A stretch of 64,000 nt of DNA from Candidatus Fraserbacteria bacterium. Its GTDB lineage: Bacteria > Bipolaricaulota > Bipolaricaulia > RBG-16-55-9 > DRXL01. Positions 40,141 through 50,411 of the stretch are shown piece after piece. A program made the translations under genes and the position numbers. Where the stretch lies: NCBI GenBank assembly GCA_947085185.1, contig CAMTVK010000001.1:79243-143242 (forward strand), in the 5' to 3' direction. The notes beneath the pieces are model-generated. The model was not told the origin of the DNA and did not search any database. It saw only the letters and a list, made by a program, of their open reading frames with translations. The stretch's first letter is position 1. Every line of letters begins with the position of its first letter.

Positions 40141-40207
40141 GCATGAGCGAAATCATGCCCAGCCATGCGCTGCATCATGGCGCTCCTCCTCCAATCTCCC
40201 CTACAAT
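40141..40207 (+). promoter_or_regulatory. acs promoter with tandem TGA-N6-TCA boxes
   Basis: Palindrome GCATGA-gcgaaa-TCATGC 40141-40158, second box TGCgctgcaTCA 40166-40177, -10 TACAAT 40202-40207. Confidence 0.65.
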
Positions 40208-40236
40208 GAAGCGCGACAGAAACGGAGTGATCGATT

Positions 40237-42210
40237 ATGGCGAATGCTCAGACGATTGCTGCACTGCTGGAGGAGGAGCGCACGTTTCCACCCTCGGAAG
40301 CGTTCGTGAGGCAGGCTCATATCAGCGATCCCAAGATCTACGAGAAGGCCGCTAAAGACCCTGAGGCCTTCTGGGCGCAGGCTGCTGAAGAGCTCGATTG
40401 GTTCAAGAGATGGGACAAAGTCTTAGAATGGGATCCCCCCTGGGCCAAATGGTTCATCGGTGGCAAGCTCAACGCTTCGTATAACTGTATTGATCGCCAC
40501 CTGAAGACCTGGCGCCGCAATAAAGCGGCGATCATCTTCGAGGGGGAGCCAGGCGACGAGCGCGTCCTGACGTATCAGGATCTCTACCGTGAGGTCTGCA
40601 AGTTTGCCAACGTTCTGAAAAAACTGGGGATCAAGAAGGGGGATCGCGTCGCGATCTATCTCCCGATGATCCCAGAGCTCCCTATCGCGATGTTGGCCTG
40701 TGCCCGTATCGGCGCGGTGCACAGCGTCGTCTTCGGCGGTTTTTCTGCAGAAGCCCTGCGAGATCGGATCAACGACGCGCAAGCGAAGCTGCTCATCACC
40801 GCTGATGGGGGCTGGAGAAGAGGCCATATCGTGCCCCTCAAACAGAATGCCGACGAAGCCCTGAAGAACACCCCATCTATAGAGAACGTGATCGTCGTGC
40901 GACGCATTCTCGGCAGCGATGTGTTGAAGACGCCCCTGACCGGCGGGTACTATCGCCGCGAATTCTGGTGGCATGAGCTGATGCGCGATGCGCCCGTGGA
41001 CTGCCCACCCGAACAGATGGACAGTGAAGATATGCTCTTCATTCTCTACACGTCGGGGACGACCGGCAAGCCCAAGGGCGTCGTCCACACCACCGGAGGA
41101 TATTTGGTGGGAGTCGCTCTCACCTATAAATGGATCTTCGACATCAAAGATGAAGATGTCTATTGGTGCACAGCTGACATTGGCTGGGTGACTGGGCACA
41201 GCTATATCGTCTACGGCCCGCTGGCCAACGGGGCCACAACGGTGATGTTTGAAGGCGTGCCCGATTACCCCGACAAGGATCGGTTCTGGGCCATCGTCGA
41301 GAAATATAGAGTCACTATTCTGTACACAGCGCCCACGGCAATCCGGACGTTTATGAGATGGGGTGAGGAGTACCCCAAGAGACACGATCTGTCGTCGCTG
41401 AGGCTCTTGGGATCTGTGGGCGAGCCGATCAATCCTGAAGCGTGGATATGGTACTATAAAGTCATTGGGGGCGAGCGCTGTCCCATTGTGGACACGTGGT
41501 GGCAGACCGAGACCGGACATATTCTCATCACGCCGCTGCCGGGGATCTCGACGCTCAAGCCCGGCTCAGCCAATAGACCATTCCCGGGGATCGAAGCTGC
41601 GGTGCTCGACGAAGCCGGCACCCCTATTCCTCCAGGCCAAGGCGCGGGATACTTAGTGATCACCAAGCCCTGGCCGGGGATGCTCCGCACCCTCTATGGC
41701 GACCCCGAGCGCTATAAGCAAGCTTATTGGAGCAAGTTCCCCGGAGTCTATCTCACCGGCGACGGCTGCAAGATCGATAAAGACGGGGATTTCTGGCTTC
41801 TGGGGCGCATCGACGACGTGCTCAACGTCTCAGGGCACAGGATCAGCACCATGGAGGTCGAAAGCGCGTTGGTCGACCATCAAGCCGTCGCTGAGGCTGC
41901 AGCTATCGGCAAGAGCCACGAGCTGAAGGGCCAAGCCGTCTCGGCGTTCGTGACGCTGCGTGCGGGGTACAAACCATCTTCTGAGCTGGCCGATGAGCTC
42001 AAGCAGCACGTGGCCAAGAAGATTGGGCCGATTGCCCGACCCGACGATATCTTCTTCACGGCGGAACTGCCCAAGACGAGGAGCGGCAAGATCATGCGCC
42101 GGCTGTTGCGCGATATTGCCGAAGGGCGCGCCCTAGGCGACACGACCACGCTGGCCGATCCTACGGTGATCGCGCAGCTGAAGAGCCAGTACGAGTCCAG
42201 CGAGGGGTAA
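40237..42210 (+). CDS. acs: acetyl-CoA synthetase (AMP-forming)
   Basis: [44 protein letters not shown]. Confidence 0.97.
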   Translation: MANAQTIAALLEEERTFPPSEAFVRQAHISDPKIYEKAAKDPEAFWAQAAEELDWFKRWDKVLEWDPPWAKWFIGGKLNASYNCIDRHLKTWRRNKAAIIFEGEPGDERVLTYQDLYREVCKFANVLKKLGIKKGDRVAIYLPMIPELPIAMLACARIGAVHSVVFGGFSAEALRDRINDAQAKLLITADGGWRRGHIVPLKQNADEALKNTPSIENVIVVRRILGSDVLKTPLTGGYYRREFWWHELMRDAPVDCPPEQMDSEDMLFILYTSGTTGKPKGVVHTTGGYLVGVALTYKWIFDIKDEDVYWCTADIGWVTGHSYIVYGPLANGATTVMFEGVPDYPDKDRFWAIVEKYRVTILYTAPTAIRTFMRWGEEYPKRHDLSSLRLLGSVGEPINPEAWIWYYKVIGGERCPIVDTWWQTETGHILITPLPGISTLKPGSANRPFPGIEAAVLDEAGTPIPPGQGAGYLVITKPWPGMLRTLYGDPERYKQAYWSKFPGVYLTGDGCKIDKDGDFWLLGRIDDVLNVSGHRISTMEVESALVDHQAVAEAAAIGKSHELKGQAVSAFVTLRAGYKPSSELADELKQHVAKKIGPIARPDDIFFTAELPKTRSGKIMRRLLRDIAEGRALGDTTTLADPTVIAQLKSQYESSEG

Positions 42211-42230
42211 GCTCCATGGCCTCCTCCTTC

Positions 42231-42267
42231 CCCCGCCCCTCCCCCGTCCGACGAGGGAGGGGTGGGG
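42231..42267. repeat. GC-rich hairpin after acs (terminator or REP-like)
   Basis: ccccgcccctccc ... gggaggggtgggg inverted repeat. Confidence 0.55.
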
Positions 42268-42302
42268 TTAACAAAACTTTCAAACTTTAAAGAGAGAATG
42301 TT

Positions 42303-43547
42303 ATGAAAAACCCCATGAATGCAACAGTTGCTGGTACACAAGAAGAGCATCTACCCAATCGGTGGCTCTTCGTCATTGCCGCGGTCTTGATGCAGTTAGG
42401 ATTGGGCAACGTCTACTCCTGGAGTATCTTCCGTACCCCGTTGATGAACTTGCACGGCTGGTCTATCCAAGAGGCGACGCTGCCCTTCACGATCTGTGTG
42501 GTCTTCTTCGCCGTGGGGATGATCGTAGCCGGGCGGTGGCAAGATCGCGTCGGGCCAAGAATTGTCGCGATGACCGGCGGGGTGCTTCTGGGTGCGGGCT
42601 TTCTGTTAGCCGGCCAGTTTGGTCAGACGCTGCTGGGGCTCTGCTTAACGTACGGTCTCCTCGTCGGGATGGGTGTCGGCTTTGCGTATGTCACGCCCAT
42701 TGCGACGTGCGTGAAATGGTTCCCCGACATGCGGGGGTTTATCACGGGTTTAGCAGTGTTGGGGTTTGGTGCGGGCTCGCTGATCGTGGCGCCGCTGGGC
42801 ACGTGGCTCATCTCCCAAATCGGCGCTTATGGGACATTTGTGGTCTTCGGTGCGGCGTTTGGACTGTTGGTTGTGGTCACTGGCGCGATTTTGCGCAATC
42901 CCCCTGTGGGGTGGAAGCCCGTGGGCTGGACGCCCCCAACAACAGGGGTTGGCTCCCAAGCGCAGCGGGACTATCCCCCATCCGAGATGGCCAAGACATT
43001 TCAGTTCTATCTGATATGGGTCGTCTTTCTCTTCTGGGCGGGAGTTGGTCTCATGGTGATCTCCCAAGCGGTGCCGATGGGCCAAGAGCTCGCCGGGCTG
43101 AGCGCGACGGTTGCTGCGGGGTCTTTGGGGGTGATGTCCATTCTCAACGGTCTTGGGCGACCGGCGTTCGGGTTTATCTCTGACAAGCTTGGGCGCAAAG
43201 GCGCGACGATCTTAGCCCAAGCCGTCTTTATCGTGACGCTGCTCTTCATCCTGCCCAACGCCCGCGATTTCACGCTCTATACGTTAGGGATCAGTCTCAT
43301 TGGCTTTGCCTATGGGGGGAGCCTCTCGGTCATGCCGGCGTTCACCGCAGATTATTATGGGACGAAGCACTTGGGGGTCAATTATGGGTGGGTCTTCTCG
43401 GCGTGGGGAGCAGCGGGAGTCTTGGGGCCGATTCTAGGAGCCCAAGTCCGCGCGGCGACAGGAGCCTGGGGTGGAGCGTTTCTCGTGCTCGCGGGCTTGA
43501 GCACTGCTGCAGCTGTTCTAATATTGACCACCAGGCCACCTAAGTAA
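42303..43547 (+). CDS. MFS transporter, oxalate/formate antiporter (OFA) family
   Basis: VYSWSIF, GRWQDRVGPR, KWFPD.RG, GVNYG. Confidence 0.88.
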   Translation: MKNPMNATVAGTQEEHLPNRWLFVIAAVLMQLGLGNVYSWSIFRTPLMNLHGWSIQEATLPFTICVVFFAVGMIVAGRWQDRVGPRIVAMTGGVLLGAGFLLAGQFGQTLLGLCLTYGLLVGMGVGFAYVTPIATCVKWFPDMRGFITGLAVLGFGAGSLIVAPLGTWLISQIGAYGTFVVFGAAFGLLVVVTGAILRNPPVGWKPVGWTPPTTGVGSQAQRDYPPSEMAKTFQFYLIWVVFLFWAGVGLMVISQAVPMGQELAGLSATVAAGSLGVMSILNGLGRPAFGFISDKLGRKGATILAQAVFIVTLLFILPNARDFTLYTLGISLIGFAYGGSLSVMPAFTADYYGTKHLGVNYGWVFSAWGAAGVLGPILGAQVRAATGAWGGAFLVLAGLSTAAAVLILTTRPPK

Positions 43548-43604
43548 ATTTGCACAGACGCCCTCCCCTCGGGAAAATAAGATCGACAAAGGAAAGGAGA
43601 CCCT

Positions 43605-44321
43605 ATGACCAAGCGCCTTGGTTTTATGAGCAATCTCATTGTTTGGATTGTGATTGTCGCGATTATTGGAGCCGGGGCGCTGATCGCGATCACTTGGATC
43701 TCGTCGCGTCCGGCTAAACCCCCCGCCCCCGTGCAAGCTCCACCAACACCATCACAGAGTCCCCCAGAGCAGCCGACCAAGGGTGTCGCTGACGCCCCCG
43801 TGACTATAGTAGAATTTGCTGAGTTCTACTGCCCCTACTGCGCACGGCATCTCTTCCAGACCTTCCCCAAGATCGACGCAGAGTATATTCAGAAGGGCCT
43901 GGTAAAGTATGTCTTTCATAATCTCATTGTGCATGGGGAGGTCGCCCAGTTAGCTGCACAAGCGGGCGAATGCGCCCATGCCCAGGGGCACTTCTGGGAG
44001 TATCATGATCGTCTCTTTTACGTGATCTTTGAAGAAGGGAAGGGGTATCTGACCGAAGAAGACTTGAAAGCCCTAGCGCGTGAGCTGGGGCTGGACGAGG
44101 AGAGATTTGCGAGCTGTCTGCACTCTGACTGGGCCAAGGCTCAGATCGAAAAAGACCGTCAGGTCCTCAAAGATCTTTTAGCCCAAGTGCCGGAGGCCCA
44201 GAGGCCCCGCAGCATTGGGACGCCGCTCTTTTTTATCAACGGGCGTCCATTAGTAGGGGCATGGCCCTACGAGAAATTTCAGTCTATGATCGATGCGGAG
44301 TTAGTCAAGGAAGGGAAGTGA
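43605..44321 (+). CDS. DsbA/thioredoxin-like membrane-anchored oxidoreductase
   Basis: N-terminal TM, APVTIVEF..FYCPYC, GTPLFFING. Confidence 0.9.
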   Translation: MTKRLGFMSNLIVWIVIVAIIGAGALIAITWISSRPAKPPAPVQAPPTPSQSPPEQPTKGVADAPVTIVEFAEFYCPYCARHLFQTFPKIDAEYIQKGLVKYVFHNLIVHGEVAQLAAQAGECAHAQGHFWEYHDRLFYVIFEEGKGYLTEEDLKALARELGLDEERFASCLHSDWAKAQIEKDRQVLKDLLAQVPEAQRPRSIGTPLFFINGRPLVGAWPYEKFQSMIDAELVKEGK

Positions 44322-44332
44322 GGGGGACTGCT

Positions 44333-44543
44333 ATGCTGACGGAATACATCCAGGCGGCTATGGACAAGGCGCGAAAGGATGGTGATCCGCTGCCGACCAT
44401 CGAGGGCCTCAGCCTCGAAGTGAAGACTTCATGAAGCCTATCTCACGGCGGGAGTTGATACGCAAATTGCGAGCTCTTGGTTTTGAAGGACCGTTCTGTT
44501 GCGCCAAGCGGGTATCGCTGAGGGAACATGGGAGCAAGAGTAG
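44333..44543 (+). pseudogene. hicB-hicA toxin-antitoxin remnant, both genes internally deleted
   Basis: 44333-44434 MLTEYIQAAMDKA|RKDGDPLPTIEG (HicB N- and C-ends only); from 44431 MKPISRRELIRKLRALGFEGPF, then frameshifted LLRQAGIAEGTWEQE* (HicA ends only). Confidence 0.75.
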
Positions 44544-44570
44544 GGTTCACTGAACAAAGGAGGTCTTGCT

Positions 44571-45719
44571 ATGCGAGAAGTCGTAATTGTTGGAGCGGTG
44601 CGATGCGCGGTCGGGAGGGCCGGCCGCGGTCTCTTGAGAGAGACACGCCCCGATGAGATGGCTGCTGCCGTCTTGAAGGCCCTCATCGAGCGCACCGGTG
44701 TTGACCCCAAAGAGCTCGATGATATTCGTCTGGGCTGCGCTATGCCCGAAGCCGAACAGGGCATGAACGTCGCCCGAATTGCCCAGTTCTTGGCGAAGAT
44801 CCCCGAGACCGTCCCCGCGTGCACGATCAATCGCTTCTGCGCTTCGGGGTTAGAGTCGGTCGTCAACGGGTGTTATGCGATTGCCTACGGCGATGCAGAC
44901 TTAATTATCGCCGGCGGCGTCGAGTCTATGACTATGGTGCCGATGGGGGGCTACACCCCGCGCCCCAACCCGATCTTGGCCCAAGAGTTCCCCGAAGTCT
45001 ACACCCCCATGGGGATCACTGCGGAGAATCTTGCAGAGAAATATAGAATCTCGCGAGAAGCTCAAGACAGATTTGCGTATGAGTCGCACATGAAGGCCGT
45101 GCGCGCGACTCAAGAAGGCCGTTTCACAGAAGAGATCGTACCCTTGACGGTGCGCCTGGAAGGCAAGACGATCACGCATACGGTTGACGAGACGATCCGG
45201 CCCGACACGACACTCGAAGCGCTGGCGCAGCTCAAGCCGGCGTTCAAGGAAGGGGGCACGGTCACGGCGGGGAACTCGTCGCCGTTGACGGACGGGGCTT
45301 CGGCGGTGTTGCTCGCTTCGAAATGGAAAGCTCGGGCGTTGGGGCTCAAGCCCCTGGCGCGCTTTGTCTCTGCGGCAGCGGCGGGGGTGCGCCCGGAGAT
45401 CATGGGGATTGGGCCGGTCTATGCGATACCGAAAGCTTTGGAGCGAGCCAAGCTCTCGCTCAAAGATATAGATCTCTTTGAGTTCAACGAAGCCTTTGCG
45501 GCCCAAGCGCTCGCGGTCATTCAAGAGCTCAATCTCCCCATGGAGAAGGTCAACGTGAACGGTGGAGCGATTGCGCTGGGGCACGCGTTGGGGTCGTCGG
45601 GGTCGCGGCTCTTGACGACGCTGGTGCACGAGATGCCTCGGCGAGATGCACAGTTTGGTGTAGTGACGATGTGTGTTGGTGGCGGCCAGGGGATGGCTGC
45701 GGTCTTCGAGAGGGTCTAG
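44571..45719 (+). CDS. acetyl-CoA C-acyltransferase (thiolase)
   Basis: NRFCASG, NEAFAAQ, NGGAIALGH, MCVGGGQG. Confidence 0.96.
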   Translation: MREVVIVGAVRCAVGRAGRGLLRETRPDEMAAAVLKALIERTGVDPKELDDIRLGCAMPEAEQGMNVARIAQFLAKIPETVPACTINRFCASGLESVVNGCYAIAYGDADLIIAGGVESMTMVPMGGYTPRPNPILAQEFPEVYTPMGITAENLAEKYRISREAQDRFAYESHMKAVRATQEGRFTEEIVPLTVRLEGKTITHTVDETIRPDTTLEALAQLKPAFKEGGTVTAGNSSPLTDGASAVLLASKWKARALGLKPLARFVSAAAAGVRPEIMGIGPVYAIPKALERAKLSLKDIDLFEFNEAFAAQALAVIQELNLPMEKVNVNGGAIALGHALGSSGSRLLTTLVHEMPRRDAQFGVVTMCVGGGQGMAAVFERV

Positions 45720-45749
45720 AGAGCAAAAAAGAGAAGAAAGGAGCACATC

Positions 45750-48158
45750 ATGATGCGAGAGATTAAGACGGTTGCTGTCCTAGGAGCCGGGACGATGGGG
45801 GGAGGGATCGCGGCGCTTTTAGCCGGCGTCGGGATCAAAGTCCATCTCTTAGATATTGTCCCCAAAGAACTCACGCCCGAAGAGAAAGCCAAGGGGTTGA
45901 CTCTGCAAGACCCCCTTGTGCGCAATCGCATCGCCAACGCTGGGCTTCAGAGAGCTCTCAAAGCCAGTCCTGCACTCTTCTATGATCCCAACGATGCCCA
46001 GCTCATCACCATTGGGAACACTGAAGATAACTTAGATCGCTTGGGAGAAGCTGACTGGATCATCGAGGCCGTCTTCGAGAGACTCGACGTCAAGCGGGAG
46101 ACGTTCGCCAAGATCGAGCAATTCCGAAAGAAAGACGCGATCGTCAGCTCGAACACGTCTGGGATCGCGCTCGCAGCTATCACTCAGAGATTGTCACCGG
46201 AGCTGAAGCGCCACACGCTCATCACGCACTTCTTCAACCCCGTGCGCTATATGAAGCTCTTAGAGATCGTCCCTAGCCCGGAGACCGATCAAGAGATCGT
46301 AGAGTTCATGATGGACTTCGCCGAGCGACGCTTGGGCAAGGGCGTCGTCTTAGCCAAAGACACCCCAAACTTTATCGCCAATCGCATCGGGATCTTCGGG
46401 ATCTCTTATCTGCTCAAGGCCATGCAAGAAGAAGCGTATAAGATCGAAGAGATTGATGCGATCTTCGGGCCGGCGCTGGGCCGCCCCAAGAGCGCCGTCT
46501 TTCGGACCGTAGACTTAGTTGGGTTGGACGTCATGGCCGACGTGATGAAGAATATCTATGAGAATCTCCCGCACGATCCGATGCGCGAGGTCTATCGCCT
46601 GCCCGATTTTGTCCAGAAGATGCTTGAGCGGGGGCTGTTGGGACGCAAGGCCGGCAAGGGCTTCTATCAAGAGAAGACGGTCAACGGCAGGCGCGAGTTC
46701 TGGGTCTTTGACTATAAGACTTTGGACTATCGTCCTCAGGAGAAGTTCGAGTATTCGTCGTTAGCGAAAGCAAGCCAGCAATCGAGCGTTGGGGAGAAGA
46801 TCAAAGCCGTAGTCTATGCCGACGATCGTGCGGGGCGCATCGCGTGGAAGGTGCTCTCGGAGACGCTGCTCTATGCAGCTCGCCTCATCCCGGAGATCTC
46901 AGATAATATCTATTCTATTGACGACGCGATGAAGTGGGGGTTCAATTGGGAGCTTGGGCCGTTTGAGACCTGGGACGCTCTTGGAGTGAGGGAGTCCGTC
47001 GAGCGCATGAGGCGCGAGGGGAGAGAGATCCCAAAGATTGTGGAAGAGCTCTTGGCACATGGTGAGAGCTTCTATCAGAAGCGAGAGGGCAAGAGATTCT
47101 ATTTTGATGTGCCAACGAAGAGCTATCGCGAGCTGCCGCGCCCGGCGGGCGTGCTCGTGCTCTCCGAGCTCAAGGAAGACACAAAGCGCGTGATCAAGGA
47201 GACTCCGGGAGCATCGTTGATAGATTTGGGTGACGGTGTGGCGTGCTTGGAGTTCCATACATACATGAACACCATAGACGCCGACGTCATCGAGATGCTC
47301 AGCGCATCGCTTGAAGAGGTGCGCACGCGCGGTTTTGTCGGCTTGGTGATCGGCAACGAGGGGCAGAACTTCTGTGTTGGTGCGAATATTGGGCTGGTCT
47401 TGGGAGCGATTCAGAGCCAAGCGTGGGAGCAGCTTGGGCAGATGGTGAAGGCGTTTCAAGACGCGAACATGGCGATCAAATACTTTGAGAAGCCCGTGGT
47501 CGCGGCACCGTTCAATATGACCCTAGGAGGCGGGTCGGAGATCGTCTTGCACTGTGCGCGGGTTCGCGCTCATAGTGAGCTGTATATGGGGCAAGTCGAG
47601 TTCGGCGTTGGCGTCATTCCTGCAGCTGGAGGGTGCAAGGAGCTGTGGGCACGACAGCTCGAGAACCTCCCCACAGACTCTCAGATTGATCTCTTCCCGT
47701 TCTTGCAGCGGGTCTTTGAGCTGATCGGCTTGGCGAAAGTCTCGACGAGTGCCAAAGAAGCGCGCAAGCTTGGGTTCTTGCGCCGCGACGACAAGATCAC
47801 GATGAACAGGGATCGTCTGATCGCCGACGCCAAGAAGGACGTTTTGGCGATGGCGATGATGGGATATGAACCGCCGCAGCCAAGAAGATTAAAAGTGACA
47901 GGGCGCAGCGGCTATGCAGCGTTGCAGATCGCGATCAAGAATTTTCAGTGGGCCAAGCGCATCACCGATCACGAGGCGCTGATGGCGCAGAAGCTCGCGT
48001 GGGTGCTGACGGGTGGGGATGTAGCACCGGGCACAGAGCTCACCGAGCAGCAGATGCTTGATTTAGAACGTGAGGCGTTCTTATCGCTTTGTGGGACGCC
48101 AAAGACTCAAGAGCGCATTCAGCACTTTCTCATGACAGGGAGGCCGCTGCGGAACTAG
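45750..48158 (+). CDS. 3-hydroxyacyl-CoA dehydrogenase / enoyl-CoA hydratase fusion (FadN-like)
   Basis: GAGTMG, SNTS, HFFNP, FIANRIG; C-terminal crotonase FCVGAN, LGGG. Confidence 0.93.
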   Translation: MMREIKTVAVLGAGTMGGGIAALLAGVGIKVHLLDIVPKELTPEEKAKGLTLQDPLVRNRIANAGLQRALKASPALFYDPNDAQLITIGNTEDNLDRLGEADWIIEAVFERLDVKRETFAKIEQFRKKDAIVSSNTSGIALAAITQRLSPELKRHTLITHFFNPVRYMKLLEIVPSPETDQEIVEFMMDFAERRLGKGVVLAKDTPNFIANRIGIFGISYLLKAMQEEAYKIEEIDAIFGPALGRPKSAVFRTVDLVGLDVMADVMKNIYENLPHDPMREVYRLPDFVQKMLERGLLGRKAGKGFYQEKTVNGRREFWVFDYKTLDYRPQEKFEYSSLAKASQQSSVGEKIKAVVYADDRAGRIAWKVLSETLLYAARLIPEISDNIYSIDDAMKWGFNWELGPFETWDALGVRESVERMRREGREIPKIVEELLAHGESFYQKREGKRFYFDVPTKSYRELPRPAGVLVLSELKEDTKRVIKETPGASLIDLGDGVACLEFHTYMNTIDADVIEMLSASLEEVRTRGFVGLVIGNEGQNFCVGANIGLVLGAIQSQAWEQLGQMVKAFQDANMAIKYFEKPVVAAPFNMTLGGGSEIVLHCARVRAHSELYMGQVEFGVGVIPAAGGCKELWARQLENLPTDSQIDLFPFLQRVFELIGLAKVSTSAKEARKLGFLRRDDKITMNRDRLIADAKKDVLAMAMMGYEPPQPRRLKVTGRSGYAALQIAIKNFQWAKRITDHEALMAQKLAWVLTGGDVAPGTELTEQQMLDLEREAFLSLCGTPKTQERIQHFLMTGRPLRN

Positions 48159-48171
48159 GGCGAACATCCCA

Positions 48172-50292
48172 TCACGCGATGACAATGCGCGCGTCTACGA
48201 CGCGTGCCCCGCGCCCTCTCTCGAAGACTATCAGGGGGTTTATATCAAGCTCGACGATCTCTTCCACTTGAGTGGCGAGCTGCGACAGCCGCGCCAAGCA
48301 CTCCGCGAGCGCGTCTATATCCGAGGGCGGCTCGCCGCGAAAGCCCTCTAATATCTTAAAGCCCCGAATCTGCCGGATCATCCGGTGCACGCCAAGCTCC
48401 CGAATCGGCGCGATGCGAAACGTCACATCTCGCAGGGCTTCCACATAAATACCCCCAAGCCCAAACATCAACAGCGGACCAAAGAGCGGATCGCGCTTGA
48501 GCCCTAAGATCGTCTCCTTTCCCCCTTGGACAAATTCTTGGACAAAGACGCCCAGAATCTGCACGCCGGGTTTCGCTCTTTGTACATCTGTGAGCATCTG
48601 GCGGAAACTCTCGCGCAGCTCGTGAGTGTTTTGTATGTTGAGCTTGACGCCACCCACGTCTACTTTGTGCGCGATCTGCGGCGAGACGACCTTGAGCACC
48701 ACGGGGTAGCCGATCTCGTCGGCGGCCTTGAGGGTCTCTTCTTCAGTCTTGGCAAAGCGATACCGCAACACAGGGAAGCCGTAGGCTTTCAGCAGATCGT
48801 GAGCTTCGGGCTCAAGCAAGAGCGTGCGTCCGGCGCGCTTGGCGCTGAGTATGATTTCTTTGGCTTGGTTGAGCTGGACGTCTGTGAAGACCCTGTATTC
48901 GGTGCGCGGGCGATGCACCCAGTCGTGATAGCGCGCCATAGCGGCAAGCGCTCGCGCGGCGCGCTCCGGAAAGCTATAGTGTGGGATATGGGCTTCTTCT
49001 AAGATCTCTATAGCTGGTCGTGCGTCGGTGACCGCCATCAAGCACGCCAGCACGGGCTTGTCGGTCTCGTGCACAGCGCGCACGATATGCCGCGCAATAT
49101 TCTCTAAGCTCATCAGAATATGAGGCGCGGCGATTACTACGACTCCCGCGACGTTTGGATCTGCTAAGACGGTGCGCACGATCGTCTCGTAGCGCTGTTC
49201 GTTGGGCTCACCGGTCATATCCACGGGATTGGCGACGTTGACCGTAGGCGGCAGGAGCTCCCGAAGTCTTGTCGCCGTCGCTTCGGTGAACTCCGCGAGC
49301 TGTACCCCGTGGCGTACGGCTGCGTCTGTCGCTAAGATTCCGGCACCTCCGGCGTTGGTCACAATGGCGATCTTATTCCCCTTGGGCAAGGGTTGATGCG
49401 CGAATGCGAGCGCATAGTCAAAGAGCTCTTCGATCGTCTCGACCCGAAGCACGCCCGATTGCATGAAGACGGAGTCATAGACTTCGTCGGAGCCGGCGAG
49501 CGCTCCCGTGTGCGACGTTGCGGCCTTGGCCCCTTCGAGAGTGCGCCCGGATTTAATAGCTAAGATCGGGATCTTCTTGGGGCGTTCGCTCGTGATCTCT
49601 GTGGCTAACCTGTGAAACCCTTGGGGGTCCTCGAGATCTTCGAGATAGAGCAAGATGACGTCGCTGAGGGGGTCGTCTTTGAGATAGTCTAAGAGATGAT
49701 TTTCGTGCAGGTCGGCTTTGTTCCCGATGGAGATGAATTTGGAGAGCCCGATCTTTTGGCGTTGGGCGTATTCGAGGGCGGCGACGCCCAGGGCGCCGCT
49801 TTGGGAGATGAACGCGATATTGCCCCGGCGCGGCATTCCCGGAGCGAACGTGGCGTTGAGCGAGACGGCCGGGTCGGTGTTGATGATCCCCAGACAATTG
49901 GGGCCGAGCAGGGCGATCTCGTAGCGCTGCGCGATGGACGCAAGTTCGCGTTCGCGCTGAGCCCCTTCTTCGCCGATCTCTTTGAAGCCCGCACTGATGA
50001 CAATGGCTGCTTGGACGCCCTTGCGCCCGCATTCTTCAAGAACGCTGGCGACACGAGGAGCCGGAACGATGATCACCGCTAAGTCAATCTCATCGGGGAT
50101 TTCTAACGCCGACGGATAGGCCTTCACGCCCAAGATGCTCTTGGCTTTAGGGTTGACGGGGTAGACGACCCCCCTATAGCCGTGGAAGAGAATATTCTTG
50201 AAGACGGCTTGACCCAAGCTGTCTGGTTTCGTAGACGCGCCGATGACGGCGACGGACTTTGGGGCAAAGAGCGCTGTGAGAGTCTTAGTCAT
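48172..50292 (-). CDS. acetate-CoA ligase (ADP-forming), fused alpha-beta
   Basis: PKSVAVIGAS, GPNCLG, SQSGA, SHTGAL, TNAGG; ATP-grasp HKVDVGGV, DPLFGP, ELDINP. Confidence 0.92.
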   Translation of the reverse strand: MTKTLTALFAPKSVAVIGASTKPDSLGQAVFKNILFHGYRGVVYPVNPKAKSILGVKAYPSALEIPDEIDLAVIIVPAPRVASVLEECGRKGVQAAIVISAGFKEIGEEGAQRERELASIAQRYEIALLGPNCLGIINTDPAVSLNATFAPGMPRRGNIAFISQSGALGVAALEYAQRQKIGLSKFISIGNKADLHENHLLDYLKDDPLSDVILLYLEDLEDPQGFHRLATEITSERPKKIPILAIKSGRTLEGAKAATSHTGALAGSDEVYDSVFMQSGVLRVETIEELFDYALAFAHQPLPKGNKIAIVTNAGGAGILATDAAVRHGVQLAEFTEATATRLRELLPPTVNVANPVDMTGEPNEQRYETIVRTVLADPNVAGVVVIAAPHILMSLENIARHIVRAVHETDKPVLACLMAVTDARPAIEILEEAHIPHYSFPERAARALAAMARYHDWVHRPRTEYRVFTDVQLNQAKEIILSAKRAGRTLLLEPEAHDLLKAYGFPVLRYRFAKTEEETLKAADEIGYPVVLKVVSPQIAHKVDVGGVKLNIQNTHELRESFRQMLTDVQRAKPGVQILGVFVQEFVQGGKETILGLKRDPLFGPLLMFGLGGIYVEALRDVTFRIAPIRELGVHRMIRQIRGFKILEGFRGEPPSDIDALAECLARLSQLATQVEEIVELDINPLIVFERGRGARVVDARIVIA

Positions 50293-50348
50293 ATCGTTAT
50301 GATTCCAAACGAACGGGCGACGTGCAAGTTGACGGGCCAAAGAGTCGA

Positions 50349-50393
50349 GACTCCACAGACTCCCTTGACTCTATGGACTCTTTTGACTATCTT
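50349..50393 (+). repeat. 5x 9-bp-period GACT repeat overlapping the udg promoter
   Basis: GACT at 50349, 50358, 50367, 50376, 50385; TTGACT(50365)-17-TATCTT(50388). Confidence 0.6.
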
Positions 50394-50411
50394 AAAGATA
50401 GGTGACCGACG

